A stretch of 61,966 nucleotides of DNA, counting the filler, from Nemertoderma westbladi (taxonomy: Eukaryota > Animalia > Xenacoelomorpha): assembly GCA_032718475.1 (NCBI GenBank). It is 3 parts of 3 records of this genome, joined end to end, with 100 filler letters (N's around TTAATTAATTAA, not from the genome) between each part and the next. Parts side by side here need not be neighbours in the genome. Positions count along the whole stretch, not along the records: positions 25,702 to 43,614 come from JAUCBJ010001041.1; positions 43,715 to 61,966 come from JAUCBJ010001512.1; 1 more part is not named here. One strand, 5' to 3'. Positions 38,501-51,212 of the stretch are shown in pieces; the stretch's first letter is position 1, and each line of letters opens with the position of its first letter. The position numbers and the translations under genes are program-made. Under the pieces are notes generated by a model. That model was not told the origin of the DNA. It saw only the letters and a list, made by a program, of their open reading frames with translations, and did not search any database.

Positions 38501-39979
38501 TTAGGAACCGAGAGGTTCATTACTGTAAGAATTGCTCGAGACTGGCTGGCTGACTGACTGACTGATTGACTGACTGACTGACTGACAAATCTACAGCCAA
38601 AACTACTCTAACGATTTTGATGAAATTTTCACAGCGGCTGGATACCGCGATTCTAAGGTCCCTGGTATGTTCCGCTATTTCGTCCATGAGCCGTGGGCTC
38701 GAAAAATAGACATAAACGAAAAAACGCCATAGGCGCAATGGTAAAATAACACCAATGACAGCTGGTGTCGTGATGAAAAATGGCTTATGTAATGCATTTC
38801 TACACAAGGCTTAGTATAAATCGATGAGGTTGCCAAGATTATTGTACTCAGTACACCCATACTGTTTGTTTAGGCCCTTGGACACTCTGTCAAAGCAAAT
38901 ATTAACTGGTTGGTTTAGTTTGAAATCTATCTCACTCTGCTAATGTAACTCTAATGTAAGCTGAATGACTGTTACGTACACAGTGAGTTGGCTACATTAA
39001 TGCCAACATTATTGCAAAATGTTTTATTGTTGGAATACTCTCATTCAGTCTCCCCTTCAGAACATTGTATAGGGAATTTACTTTAGTTTACTCTACTGTG
39101 CCATTCAGCTGAATGGATTTGAGCGATTGCCAAGTTACAGAGTTGGATCTTTCTCTGACCATAGGCAAAGACAAATCTTTTTAAAAATATACTTTTTCCA
39201 TGTTTTTTTTCTGACCAAAAATTTCAAAAAAAAATTTTCGTAGCCAGTACTGCCAATCGATTCGCCATCAAAAATAACGCAAAAATTTTTTTTTGCAAAA
39301 TTTTAAATTACTGTAAATTTTTTGCGACTGGGGGGGGTCAATTTTTTTCGATCCGCTATAACTCCGGAACGCTTTGTCCAAATTCGATGGGGTTTTCATT
39401 TTTCAACCTAATTCGATGTCCTCTTTCAGTCTATCCATGTTTCGAAACCCCAAACCGCGCCGTTCAAAAATTAATTTTTTCTAGTTCTAGAATTTTACAA
39501 ATTTTAAAAAAGTTGCAGTATTTTATTAACGCCTTTATGGAATTCGATAGCGTTTGCGATTTTTATATTAAACGCAATATCCTGAATCTCACTAGCCTAG
39601 TTTCGCGTCACCAATGCCAAGACTTCATACTTTTTGAGGAAAATTTTTCTAGAATAATTTTTATTTAATTACATTTATCGCGATTTCTTATTACTGGTTG
39701 CACATGAATTGATGGAGTTTTCAATTTATTAACTAAACACGATATCGCGCATCGCACTAGCGTGTTTTCGAAATTCCAAAACGAGGTCTTCACTAGTTGC
39801 ATGTCGTTTTTGTTCTAGAATTGAGCAACTTATAATAGATTGAATTTATTAATAATTATTGTATGAAATATGATTGTATTTTTACATACTGTAATGATTA
39901 GTTCTATACTAATTCTCGTTGTCTCTTTTATTTAAAATAAAAAGTCGGTTCCTTATCGGGCCGCTAGGCCCGTCACTAG
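38501..39979 (+). mobile_element. HINE-like element, copy 2 (head-to-tail with copy 1)
   Basis: Same structure and highly similar to copy 1; junction CTAG|TTAGGAACCG. Confidence 0.8.
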
Positions 39980-40871
39980 TTATATAATTAGGAACCGAGA
40001 GGTTCATTACTGTAAGAATTGCTCGTGGCTGGCTGGCTGGCTGACTGACTGGCTGATCTACAGCCAAAACTACTCTAACGATTTTGATGAAATTTTCACA
40101 GCGGCTAGATACCGCGATTCTAAGGTCCCTGGTATGTTCCGCTATTTCGTCCATGAGCCGTGGGCTCGAAAAATGGACATAAACGAAAAAACGCCATAGG
40201 CGCAATGATAAAAACACCAGCTGGCACTCATGAAAAATGAATAGAGATAGCCTAGTAATGATATTACAATAGGAATGGCCACCTAACAAGGAAATGCTTT
40301 CTCTGCCAAGTTTTCTCCTCACTCTACAACTCAGACAGTAAGCAAACAAAAGCCGTGGTATTCTAATGTATTACATCATAAGCTGATTGCTCTCCCAATA
40401 GCCCTCACACACTCACTGAATCGAATGAAATCGAATATCTATTAGCTTAAATGCGAATAGCTGGTAAGCTGAATGCCATTTTAGTTATTGTGTACTGTTG
40501 ACTGCAGAGTTGACTGCTATGTTGTATGTATTTAATTAAAATAATTTTCGTAGAGGGAAGTTAATTTGGTAATTTTCGTAGAGGGAAGTTAATTTGGGAT
40601 TACTCTCTATCAGATGTAAGCAAAGCTGTTCAATGGGGTGGGTCATGGGACCCAAATGTAGTACATTATGCATGGCAAACATTAATAAAATCATTCAGTC
40701 AACCTGGAGGGTATTTGCTTAGTTAACTCTACTGTGCGAAAAACGAATTTATAATGTTACCCATACTTCAGGTGAATGAATTTTTAGATATTTGTACTGA
40801 AGGCAAGGATTTCTGATATAATTAAAATACAAGACAGGGGGGGGGGGGCTTGTTTCGATATATGTAGTTGC

Positions 40872-41101
40872 GCCCTTCTAGCAGCACGTGAGATAATCAA
40901 GTAATAGACACAATGTTTGACTTTGTCCCTTCGAGCAGCACGTGAGTTTTGCTTTGACCCTTCGATATATGTATTTGCGCCCTTCGAGCAGCACGTGAAT
41001 TACATCAAATAATAGACACATTGTTTGACTTTGTCCCTTCGAGCAGCACGTGAGTTTTGCTTTGACCCTTCGATATATGTTTTTGCGCCCTTCGAGCAGC
41101 A
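40872..41101. repeat. Short tandem repeat with CCCTTCGAGCAGCACGTGA core (~5 cores)
   Basis: Directly visible alternating subunits. Confidence 0.8.
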
Positions 41102-41118
41102 CGGGCAGTCGACTCAGA

Positions 41119-43560
41119 CCGAGCCGAGCCGAGCCGAGCCGAGCCGAGCCGAGCCGAGCCGAGCCGAGCCGAGCCGAGCCGAGCCGAGCCGAGCCGAGCC
41201 GAGCCGAGCCGAGCCGAGCCGAGCCGAGCCGAGCCGAGCCGAGCCGAGCCGAGCCGAGCCGAGCCGAGCCGAGCCGAGCCGAGCCGTGGCGAGCCGAACC
41301 GAGCCGAGCCGAGCCGAGCCGAGCCGAGCCGAGCCGAGCCGAGCCGAGCCGAGCCGAGCCGAGCCGAGCCGAGCCGAGCCGAGCCGAGCCGAGCCGAGCC
41401 GAGCCGAGCCGAGCCGAGCCGAGCCGAGCCGAGCCGAGCCGAGCCGAGCCGAGCCGAGCCGAGCCGAGCCGAGCCGAGCCGAGCCGAGCCGAGCCGAGCC
41501 GAGCCGAGCCGAGCCGAGCCGAGCCGAGCCGAGCCGAGCCGAGCCGAGCCGAGCCGAGCCGCAGCCGAGCCGAGCCGAGCCGAGCCGAGCCGAGCCGAGC
41601 CGAGCCGAGCCGTGCCGAGCCGAGCCGAGCCGAGCCGAGCCGAGCCGAGCCGAGCCGAGCCGAGCCGAGCCGAGCCGAGCCGAGCCGAGCCGAGCCGAGC
41701 CGAGCCGAGCCGAGCCGAGCCGAGCCGAGCCGAGCCGAGCCGAGCCGAGCCGAGCCGAGCCGAGCCGAGCCGAGCCGAGCCGAGCCGAGCCGAGCCGAGC
41801 CGAGCCGAGCCGAGCCGAGCCGAGCCGAGCCGAGCCGAGCCGAGCCGAGCCGAGCCGAGCCGAGCCGAGCCGAGCCGAGCCGAGCCGAGCCGAGCCGCGA
41901 GCCGAGTCGAGCCGAGCCGAGCCGAGCCGAGCCGAGCCGAGCCGAGCCGAGCCGAGCCGAGCCGAGCCGAGCCATGCCGAGCCGAGCAGAACCGAGCAGA
42001 ACCGAGCCGAGCCGAACCGAGCCGAGCCGAGCCATGCCGAGCCGAGCCGAACCAAGCCGAACCAAGCCGAGCCGAGCCGAGCCGAGCCGAGCCGAGCCGA
42101 GCCGAACCAAGCCGAGCCGAGCCGAGCCGAGCCGAGCCGAGGCGAACCGAGCCGAGCCATGCCGAGCCGAGCCAAGCCGAGCCGAGCCGAGCCGAGCCGA
42201 GCCGAGCCGAGCCGAGCCGAGCCGAGCCGAGCCGCCAGCCGAGCCGAGCCGAGCCGAGCCGAGCCGAGCCGAGCCGAGCCGAGCCGAGCCGAGCCGAGCC
42301 GAGCCGAGCCGAGCCGAGCCGAGCCGAGCCGAGCCGAGCCGAGCCGAGCCGCGCCGAGCCGAGCCGAGCCGAGCCGAGCCGAGCCGAGCCGAGCCGAGCC
42401 GAGCCGAGCCGAGCCGAGCCGAGCCGAGCCGAGCCGAGCCGAGCCGAGCCGAGCCGAGCCGAGCCGAGCCGAGCCGAGCCGAGCCGAGCCGAGCCGAGCC
42501 GAGCTGAGCCGAGACCGAGCCGAGCCATGCCGAGCCATGCGCGAGCCGAGCCGAGCCGAGCCGAGCCGAGCCGAGCCGAGCCGACGCCGAGCCGAGCCGA
42601 GCCGAGCCGAGCCGAGCCGAGCCGAGCCGAGCCGAGCCGAGCCGAGCCGAGCCGAGCCGAGCCGAGCCGAGCCGAGCCGAGCCGAGCCGAGCCGAGCCGA
42701 GCCGAGCCGAGCCAAGCCGAGCCGAGCCGAGCCGAGCCGAGCCGAGCCGAGCCGAGCCGAGCCGAGCCGAGCCGAGCCGAGCCGAGCCGAGCCGCAGCCG
42801 AGCCGCAGCCGAGCCGAGCCGAGCCGAGAAGAGCCAAGCCGAGCCGAGCCGTGCCGAGCCGTGCCGTGCCGAGCCGAGCCGAACCGAGCCAAACCGAGCC
42901 GAGCCGAGCCAAGCCGAGCCGTGCCGAGCCGAACCGAGCCGAGCCAAACCGAGCCAAGCCAAGCCGAACCAAGCCGAGCCGAGCCGTGCCGAGCCGAGCC
43001 GAGCCGAGCCGAGCCGAGCCGAGCCGAGCCGAGCCGAGCCGCAGCCGAGCCGAGCCGAGCCGAGCCGAGCCGAGCCGAGCCGAGCCGAGCCGAGCCGAGC
43101 CGAGCCGAGCCGAGCCGAGCCGAGCCGAGCCGAGCCGAGCCGAGCCGAGCCGAGCCGAGCCGAGCCGAGCCGCAGCCGAGCCGAGCCGAGCCGAGCCGAG
43201 CCGAGCCGAGCCGAGCCGAGCCGAGCCGAGCCGAGCCGCGCCGAGCCGAGCCGAGCCGAGCCGAGCCGAGCCGAGCCGAGCCGAGCCGAGCCGAGCCGAG
43301 CCGAGCCGAGCCGAGCCGAGCCGAGCCGAGCCGAGCCGAGCCGAGCCGAGCCGAGCCGAGCCGAGCCGAGCCGAGCCGAGCCGAGCCGAGCCGAGCCGAG
43401 CCGTGCCGAGCCGAACCGTGCTGAGCCGAACCGAGCCGAGCCGAGCCGAGCCGAACCGAGCCGAGCCGAGCCGTGCCGAGCCGAACCGAGCCGAGCCGAG
43501 CCAAGCCGATCAAGCCAAGTCGAACTTAATCGTGCCCAATCGTGCAAGACCGAGCCGAGC
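41119..43560. repeat. (GAGCC)n pentanucleotide satellite, ~2.4 kb
   Basis: Directly visible; AEPSR/LGSAR ORFs are artefacts. Confidence 0.97.
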
Positions 43561-43614
43561 TCGTTGTCTCTTTTATTTGAAATAAAAAGTCGGTTCCTTA
43601 TCGGGCCGCTAGGC

Positions 43615-43714
43615 NNNNNNNNNNNNNNNNNNNNNNNNNNNNNNNNNNNNNNNNNNNNTTAATTAATTAANNNNNNNNNNNNNNNNNNNNNNNNNNNNNN
43701 NNNNNNNNNNNNNN
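43615..43714. other. Assembly gap (100 bp with stop linker)
   Basis: Ns with TTAATTAATTAA. Confidence 0.98.
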
Positions 43715-45828
43715 GATATGCCAGGAAATATATAATACTGTACATCGCCCCCACAAACTTACTACTACATTACTCAACATTGAGTATATATAATTAAGGT
43801 TGTCACAGCAACATCCCTACGTCGCAATTAATAGATTGTCACATCACCTTCAAGTTAAGATACATCCTCAATAGGCGGTGGTAATTTATTTAGCCCAAAC
43901 CCAGACAAAAGCCACCTCATCAAAGTTGACGTGCAGGAAATGTGTAATTAATTATGAAAAGAAGCTAATCATACAAGTACTGTACGTCCGCTGAATCCCA
44001 ATAACAATGCAAATATTCCCCTTAACAAATAATGCTTTACTTAATGAAATAATGGAACCCAGAATTAGTGGAGGGTAGAATGTCATGTTATAAAGGCGTG
44101 AGTTCAACAGGAAGAATATCGACCCCCCTCCAAATAAAAACATGGAAAATAAATATACTCTTTCACCCGCCGAGCCGGGTCGGCGCGGCTCGGCTCGGTA
44201 CTATAATTAATTAAACATCAAGAGTTCATAAGGGAAATCATCAATCTATTTATTATTCATACTGTATAATAAGTATATTCCTATTCCACAAAATTTCATT
44301 TTCTCCTCCTTTATTGACTTGTCGGGTAAAAAGGCAATTTTGATTAACAAAGCCAGCCAACCTGTTTTATTGGGGGCATCAAGTTAAGTAAAGCTATTAA
44401 TTGCAAACAGGCACCAATTAAAAAATACTACATACACCTTACTGCAACAGGTAATGTAAGTAGTACATAAGAGTACAATTAATATAACTGCAGTAAGTAG
44501 TAGTCCTATAATAACCTAAACGCACAGCAGCAAAACAAAGGCACAACATATTAGTGCAGAATATATTATTAATTAGCTACTAAACATTCAGCCAATATCC
44601 GTGGTTTGTGGGACAGGTTAAGTGAGTAGATAAGTTTAATTAGGGGGGGGGGGGGGGGGGGGGGGGGGTACTAGCTTTCAAATTTTCTTCAATTTCATCT
44701 AAAGCATATTATTATTGTCTGAACGACTCATCGAGAGAAATCATTATATACGCGTTTACATTGCGAACTTTACAAGGTAAGCAACTTATTCCCCTAGTGC
44801 CGGACCTCCTAAGATTTAAGATTTAAAATATGAAAACCGTTTAGCAATATCTCTTTTACTTCTAGAGATATGGCTGTCTGTCCATTTCACTGTCAGTCTG
44901 TCCGTCAGTATAAAAACCAAAACAGTCAGTACCAAAACAATAGAAACCATATTATCTGGATAAAAACTTTCCTATTCGGGTATTTTGGGGTCGGTGACTT
45001 CATTTCAAACAATTTAAAAACGTTATTTTTTCAAGGTGATTTAAGTGCTTTGAGTATACCGAGCATAGAAAAGCGCTATATATAAATAAACTGCAAAAAT
45101 CTTGGCATGGTTTTGTGCCTTCTTGTTGCTAGATATAATATATTGACAGACATTCTTACATATTAACAGACAGTTTCTGTGCTGGAAGGTTCAAACTTTA
45201 AAGGCAATTATCTGGGATTGGCATTTTTTTTATTTGTAAATCACTACTCCTCCGCCATTTTCAACTAATTTGTTAGTTTTTGGTATCAAACGAAAGCTAG
45301 TCGTATGCGCAATAATAAAATTCGAGCTGTGTTTTTAGTTTTAATGGCCAGCTGTTATATCTTGCTTTATGAAAAAAAACAGTGCCTTTTTGAAAATAAT
45401 TTATTTTTAAAAATAGAGTATTTTCCTTGAAAATTACGAAACAAAAATTATGCTCGATTTTTTTCAAGTAATCACCCATGCTGATTCCAAAAAATAGGTT
45501 ACATCTTCTGAAAATAAAGCATAATAAAGGAGTAACATTTTAAGTCAAAAATATAAATTTTGAAAAAATCTCAATTCAATATAGTCCACCAAAAATGTAT
45601 TATACTTTATTTCTACTTATTAGCTTTTTGGAGCAGTATTCATTTCAAAATGTTGACTTCCACGCCAGTAACCCCCTTAACATGCAACGCAAAGCAACTT
45701 CCAGAAACTAATGGCAGGACGGGAGCATAGCAGGCAGTGCAATACATGCAATAATTAAACATGGGGGATCGGAGTTACATAGAATATAGTGGTTGTAAAG
45801 ACCTTATTAGTACAGTAGACAAAATACA

Positions 45829-47275
45829 ACAGGTACACTGGGTTTAGGGAAACATAGGTACACTGGGAGTAGGGAAACACAGGTACACTGGGAGTAGGGA
45901 AACAAAGATACACTGGGTGCTGGGAAACACAGGTAAACTGGGTTTAGGGAAACACAGGTACACAGAGTTTAGGGAGACACAGGTACACTGGGAGTAGTGA
46001 GACATATGTACACTGGTGTAGGAAAACACACACGTACACTGGGTGTTGACAAACACAGGGACACTTGGTGGAGTGAAACACAGGTACAGTGGGTGTAGGG
46101 AAACACAGGTACACTGGGTGTAGGGAAACACAGGTACACTGTATTTATGGAAACACAGGCACATTGGATTTAGGTAAACACAGGTACACTGGTGTAGGGA
46201 AACACACACGTACACTGGGTGTTGACACACACAGGGACACTTGGTGGAGGGAAACACAGGTACACTGGGTGTTGGGAAACACTGGTACGCTGGGTGTTGA
46301 CAAACACAGGGACACTTGGTGGAGGGAAACACAGGTACACTGGGTGTTGACACACACAGGGACACTTGGTGGAGGGAAACACAGGTACATTGGGTTTTTG
46401 GAAACACAAGTACACTGGGTGTTGTCAAACACAGGGACACTTGGTGGAGGGAAATACAGGTACATTGTGCTGGGAAACACAGGTACACTGGGTGTTGGGA
46501 AAGACAGGTACACTGGGTGTTGACAAACACAGGGACACTTGGTGGAGGGAAACACAGGTACATTGGGTTTAGGGAAACACAGGTACACTGGGTTTAGGGA
46601 AATACCGGTACGCTGGGTGTTGACAAACAGAGGGACACTTGGTGGAGGGAAACACAGGTACATTTGGTTCAGGGAAACACAGGTACACTGGGAGTAGGGA
46701 AACACAGGTACATTGGGTGTTGGGAAACTCAGGTAAACTGGGAGTAGTGAAACACAGGTACAGTGGGTGTAGGGAAACACAGATACACTGGGTATGTGGG
46801 AAACTGAAAATATTATGAACTTGGTGGAGGGAAACACAGGTACATTGGGTTTTTGGATACACAAGTACACTGGGTGTTGTCAAACACAGGGACACTTGGT
46901 GGAGGGAAATACAGGTACATTGTGCTGGGAAACACAGGTACACTGGGTGTTGGGAAAGACAGGTACACTGGGTGTTGACAAACACAGGGACACTTGGTGG
47001 AGGGAAACACAGGTACATTGGGTTTAGGGAAACACAGGTACACTGGGTTTAGGGAAATACCGGTACGCTGGGTGTTGACAAACAGAGGGACACTTGGTGG
47101 AGGGAAACACAGGTACATTTGGTTCAGGGAAACACAGGTACACTGGGAGTAGGGAAACACAGGTACATTGGGTGTTGGGAAACACAGGTAAACTGGGAGT
47201 AGTGAAACACAGGTACAGTGGGTGTAGGGAAACACAGATACACTGGGTATGTGGGAAACTGAAAATATTATGAAC
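45829..47275. repeat. ~23-bp-unit satellite (GGGAAACACAGGTACACTGGGTGT-like) with higher-order duplications
   Basis: Directly visible; a ~455-bp block is repeated (46360-46820 vs 46820-47275). Confidence 0.92.
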
Positions 47276-47285
47276 ATATCCACCA

Positions 47286-49705
47286 TGGTGCATGGTGTCT
47301 CATTGTAACAGGATGAATGGTGTCGCATTGGAACAGGGTGCATGGTGTCGCATTGGAACAGGGTGCATGATGTCGCATTGGAACAGGATGTGTGCATGGT
47401 GTCGCATTGGAACAAGGTGCAAGGTATCGCATTGGAACAGGGTGCATGGTGTCTCAATGTAACAGGATGAATGGTGTCGCATTGGAACAGGGTGCATGGT
47501 GTCGCATTGGAACAGGGTGCATGATGTCGCATTGGAACAGGATGTGTGCATGGTGTCGCATTGGAACAAGGTGCAAGGTATCGCATTGGAACAGGGTGCA
47601 TGGTGTCTCAATGTAACAGGATGAATGGTGTCGCATTGGAACAGGGTGCATGGTGTCGCATTGGAACAGGGTGCATGATGTCGCATTGGAACAGGATATG
47701 TGCATGGTGTCGCATTGGAACAAGGTGCAAGGTATCGCATTGGAACATGGTGCATGGTGTCTCATTGTAACATGATGAATGGTGTCGCATTGGAACAGGG
47801 TGCATGGGTGTCGGATTGGAACAGGGTGCATGGTGTCGCTTTGGAACAAGGTTCATGGTGTCGCATTGGAACACGGTGCATGGTGTCGCATTGGAACAGG
47901 GTGCATGGTGTCGCATTGGAACAGGGTGCATGATGTCGCATTGGAACAGGATGTGTGCATGGTGTCGCATTGGAACAAGGTGCAAGGTATCGCATTGGAA
48001 CAGGGTGCATGGTGTCTGATTGGAACAGGATAAATGGTGTCGCATTGGAACAAGGTGCAAGGTATCGCATTGGAACAGGGTGCATGGTGTCTCATTGTAA
48101 CAGGATAAATGGTGTCGCATTGGAACAGGGTGCATGGTGTCGCATTGGAACAAGGTGCAAGGTATCGCATTGGAACAGGGTGCATGGTGTCTCATTGTAA
48201 CAGGATAAATGGTGTCGCATTGGAACAGGGTGCATGGTGTCGCATTGGAACAGGGTGCATGGGATTGCATTGGAACAGTGTGCATGGTCTCGCATTGGAA
48301 CAGGGTGTGTGCATGGTGTCGCATTGGAACAAGGTGCAAGGTATCGCATTGGAGCAGGGTGCATGGTGTCTCATTGTAACAGGATGAATGGTTTCGCATT
48401 GGAACAGGATGCATGATGTCGCATTGGAACAGGATGTGTGCATGGTGTCGCATTGGAACAAGGTGCAAGGTATCGCATTGGAACAGGGTGCATGGTGTCT
48501 CATTGTAACAGGATGGATGGTGTCGCATTGGAACAGGATGTGTGTATGGTGTCGCATTGGAACAAGGTGTAAGGTATCGCATTGGAACAGCATGGTGTCG
48601 CATTGGAACAGGGTGCATGGTGTCGCATTTGAACAGGGTGTGTGCATGGTGTCACAATGGAACGGGGCGCATGGTGTCGCATTGGTACATGGTGCATAGT
48701 GTCACTTTGGAACAAGGTGCATGGTGTCGCATTAGGACATTGTGTCTGGTGTGGCATTGGAACAGGGTGCATGGTGTTGCATTGGAACAGGGTGTGTGCA
48801 TGGTGTCGCATTGAAACAAGGTGCATGGTTTCGTATTGGAACAAGGTGCATGGTGTCGCATTGGAACAAGGTGCATGGTGTCGTATTGGAACAGGGTCTG
48901 TGCATGGTGTCACAATGGAACAGGGTGCAGTGCATGGTGTCGAATTGGAACATGGTGCATGCTGTCCCTATGGAACAAGGTGCATGGTGTCGCATTACTT
49001 CAGGTTGCATGGTGTGGCATTGGAACAGGGTGCATGGTGTCGCTTTGGAACAAGGTTCATGGTGTCGCATTGGAACACGGTGCATGGTGTCGCATCGGAA
49101 CAGGGTGCATGGTGTCGCATTTGAACAAGATGCATGGTGTCACTTTGGAACAAGGTGCATGGTGACGCTTTAGGACAAGGTGCATGGTGTCGCATTGGAA
49201 AGGGGTGCATGGTGCCGCATTGGAACAGGGTGTGTGCAAGGTGTCGCTTTGGAACTGGGTGCATGGTGTCGCATTGGAACACGGTGCATGGTGTCGCATT
49301 GGAACAGGGTGCGTGATGTCGCATTGGAACAGGATGTGTGCATGGTGTCGCATTGGAACGGGGCGCATGGTGTCGCATTGGTACATGGTGCATAGTGTCA
49401 CTTTGGAACAAGGTGCATGGTGTCGCATTAGGACATGGTGCCTGGTGTGGCATTGGAACAGGGAGCATGGTGTTGCATTGGAACAGGGTGTGTGCATGGT
49501 GTCGCATTGAAACAAGGTGCATGGTTTCGTATTGGAACAAGGTGCATGGTGCCGCATTGGAACAAGGTGCATGGTGCCGCATTGGAACAGGGTGTGTGCA
49601 AGGTGTCGCATTGGAAATGGGTGCATGGTGTCGCATTGGAACAGGGTGCATGGTGTCGCATTGGAACAGGGTGTGTGCATGGTGTCGCATTTGAACATGA
49701 TGCAT
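47286..49705. repeat. 25-bp satellite (TGCATGGTGTCGCATTGGAACAGGG) with a 154-bp higher-order unit at its left end
   Basis: Directly visible; abuts the previous satellite. Confidence 0.93.
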
Positions 49706-50987
49706 GAAACCACATCGGCTGATATGTCTAGTGAACGGAAGTCGGGTAGAAACAACTGGTGGTTAAAGTACCGATGCTTGAAAGCTTCAGTACCGAGTTT
49801 CAGGGCTTCCCGAGAAAAACAATAACATAAAGGAAATAAAAAACATTTGGTAACAATTAGGGAAGGGCAATCTGGGATTCAAAATAACAAAAACATAAAA
49901 AAAATTGGATGGTTACTAAAACCGTACCGTATTATTGCTGGAAAGGAAACTATAAATGAATCTTCTATCTGTTGATACAAGCAGCATGAAATAAATTTAA
50001 TTTTACGATTAATAATTAATTATTTATTAGCGTAAAATTCACCACGATTCAGTTCATACATACCGAGTACTTGGTTTAAAAACAGGTTCATTGTTCCCTT
50101 GGCACATGGACAATACTCTAGTTGATATAATAATAAAATTAATAAATAACTATATGGTAACTATTTGGGTGATATGTGTATATATAATTTTTATTCGAAA
50201 ATGGAAATATTACGTAACTCTGTAGGTAGTGAAAGTAGATAAGGAGGTATAAAAAGTAAAACTTTATACGGTGGGTTAGAATTAAGTCAGCTTCTATATG
50301 GAATGACAAATGAGTTATGTCTGTTACCGTTATACACGTAACCATAACTATATTTGCACTGCAGATCAGTTAGCGACGCCATATAACACAAACACAGTAA
50401 ACAACATACACACTGTACGAGTGGACTAAGATCTGACGATGTAATACGAACAAAGAAGATTATCAAGTTTACCAGGAGAATCCTCATTTAAGTGAACAAC
50501 CGTTCGTCCACAATGCGTCTAGGGAACTAAGATAATGGGAGGAGAGGAATAAGTTGAATGATTCGGTCGCCGGCCTACCGGGTTTGTGGTTAGTCGACGA
50601 CAGAGCGAACATGGGGATCAACACAGGTGAGCAATGTCAACAACACTGAACGGCGGGATATGGAGGAATTCCCGTCGAATAACCACGGGGGGGGGGGGGG
50701 GGAGGATAACTCTTTCTTTTAAATAAATATTTTCATTTTCGAATAAAATTTTACATTCTCTAATTCATAATGAAAACTTAATAAGATTGCAATTCTCGTC
50801 TGGATTAAATCTTTAAAATGCTTCAATAGATTATAAATCTCGAAGTAAAGATTTACTTTTCTTGTTAATAATTTGTAAATTATAATATAAACTACTATAT
50901 AGAATGTAAATTATACATAAGTAATTATTATATGAAACATTCGTTGCATAAAATATTAAATCATTATTAATAATCGATTTAACTTAC

Positions 50988-51115
50988 TTGGCACTTTTGA
51001 GGAGTTGGCTTATGGAATCTTTTTTCTTTGCCAGCCATTTAGCGCTACCTCGCACTGGTTTGGGTGACTTTGGAGATGAGTCTCTGCCGTCAGCCGAGTG
51101 CATTGAGAACTGTAC
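50988..51115 (-). CDS. Internal coding exon of the unidentified minus-strand gene
   Basis: Acceptor TTTCTCCCCGTTCAG and donor GTAAGT. Phase-0 entry reads VQFSMHSADGRDSSPKSPKPVRGSAKWLAKKKDSISQLLKSA, in phase with the preceding exon. Confidence 0.7.
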
Positions 51116-51212
51116 CTGAACGGGGAGAAACATCACCTTTAATTAATATACATACAGTAGAAGAAGACATGCAAATTAAATTCACAACAAAAATCCGTTT
51201 TATTATACAACC

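Larger units (their letters stand above)
39988..43614 (+). mobile_element. HINE-like element, copy 3, variant interior carrying the (GAGCC)n array
   Basis: Same 5' end at 39988; the same 3' end (TCGTTGTCTCTTTT...TCGGTTCCTTATCGGGCCGCTAGGC) resumes at 43561 and runs into the gap. Confidence 0.7.

Noticed and set aside
40878-43585. AEPSR/LGSAR repeat proteins
   Set aside because: Translations of (GAGCC)n.
45844-49825. Many Cys/His-rich short ORFs
   Set aside because: Translations of the 23-bp and 25-bp satellites.
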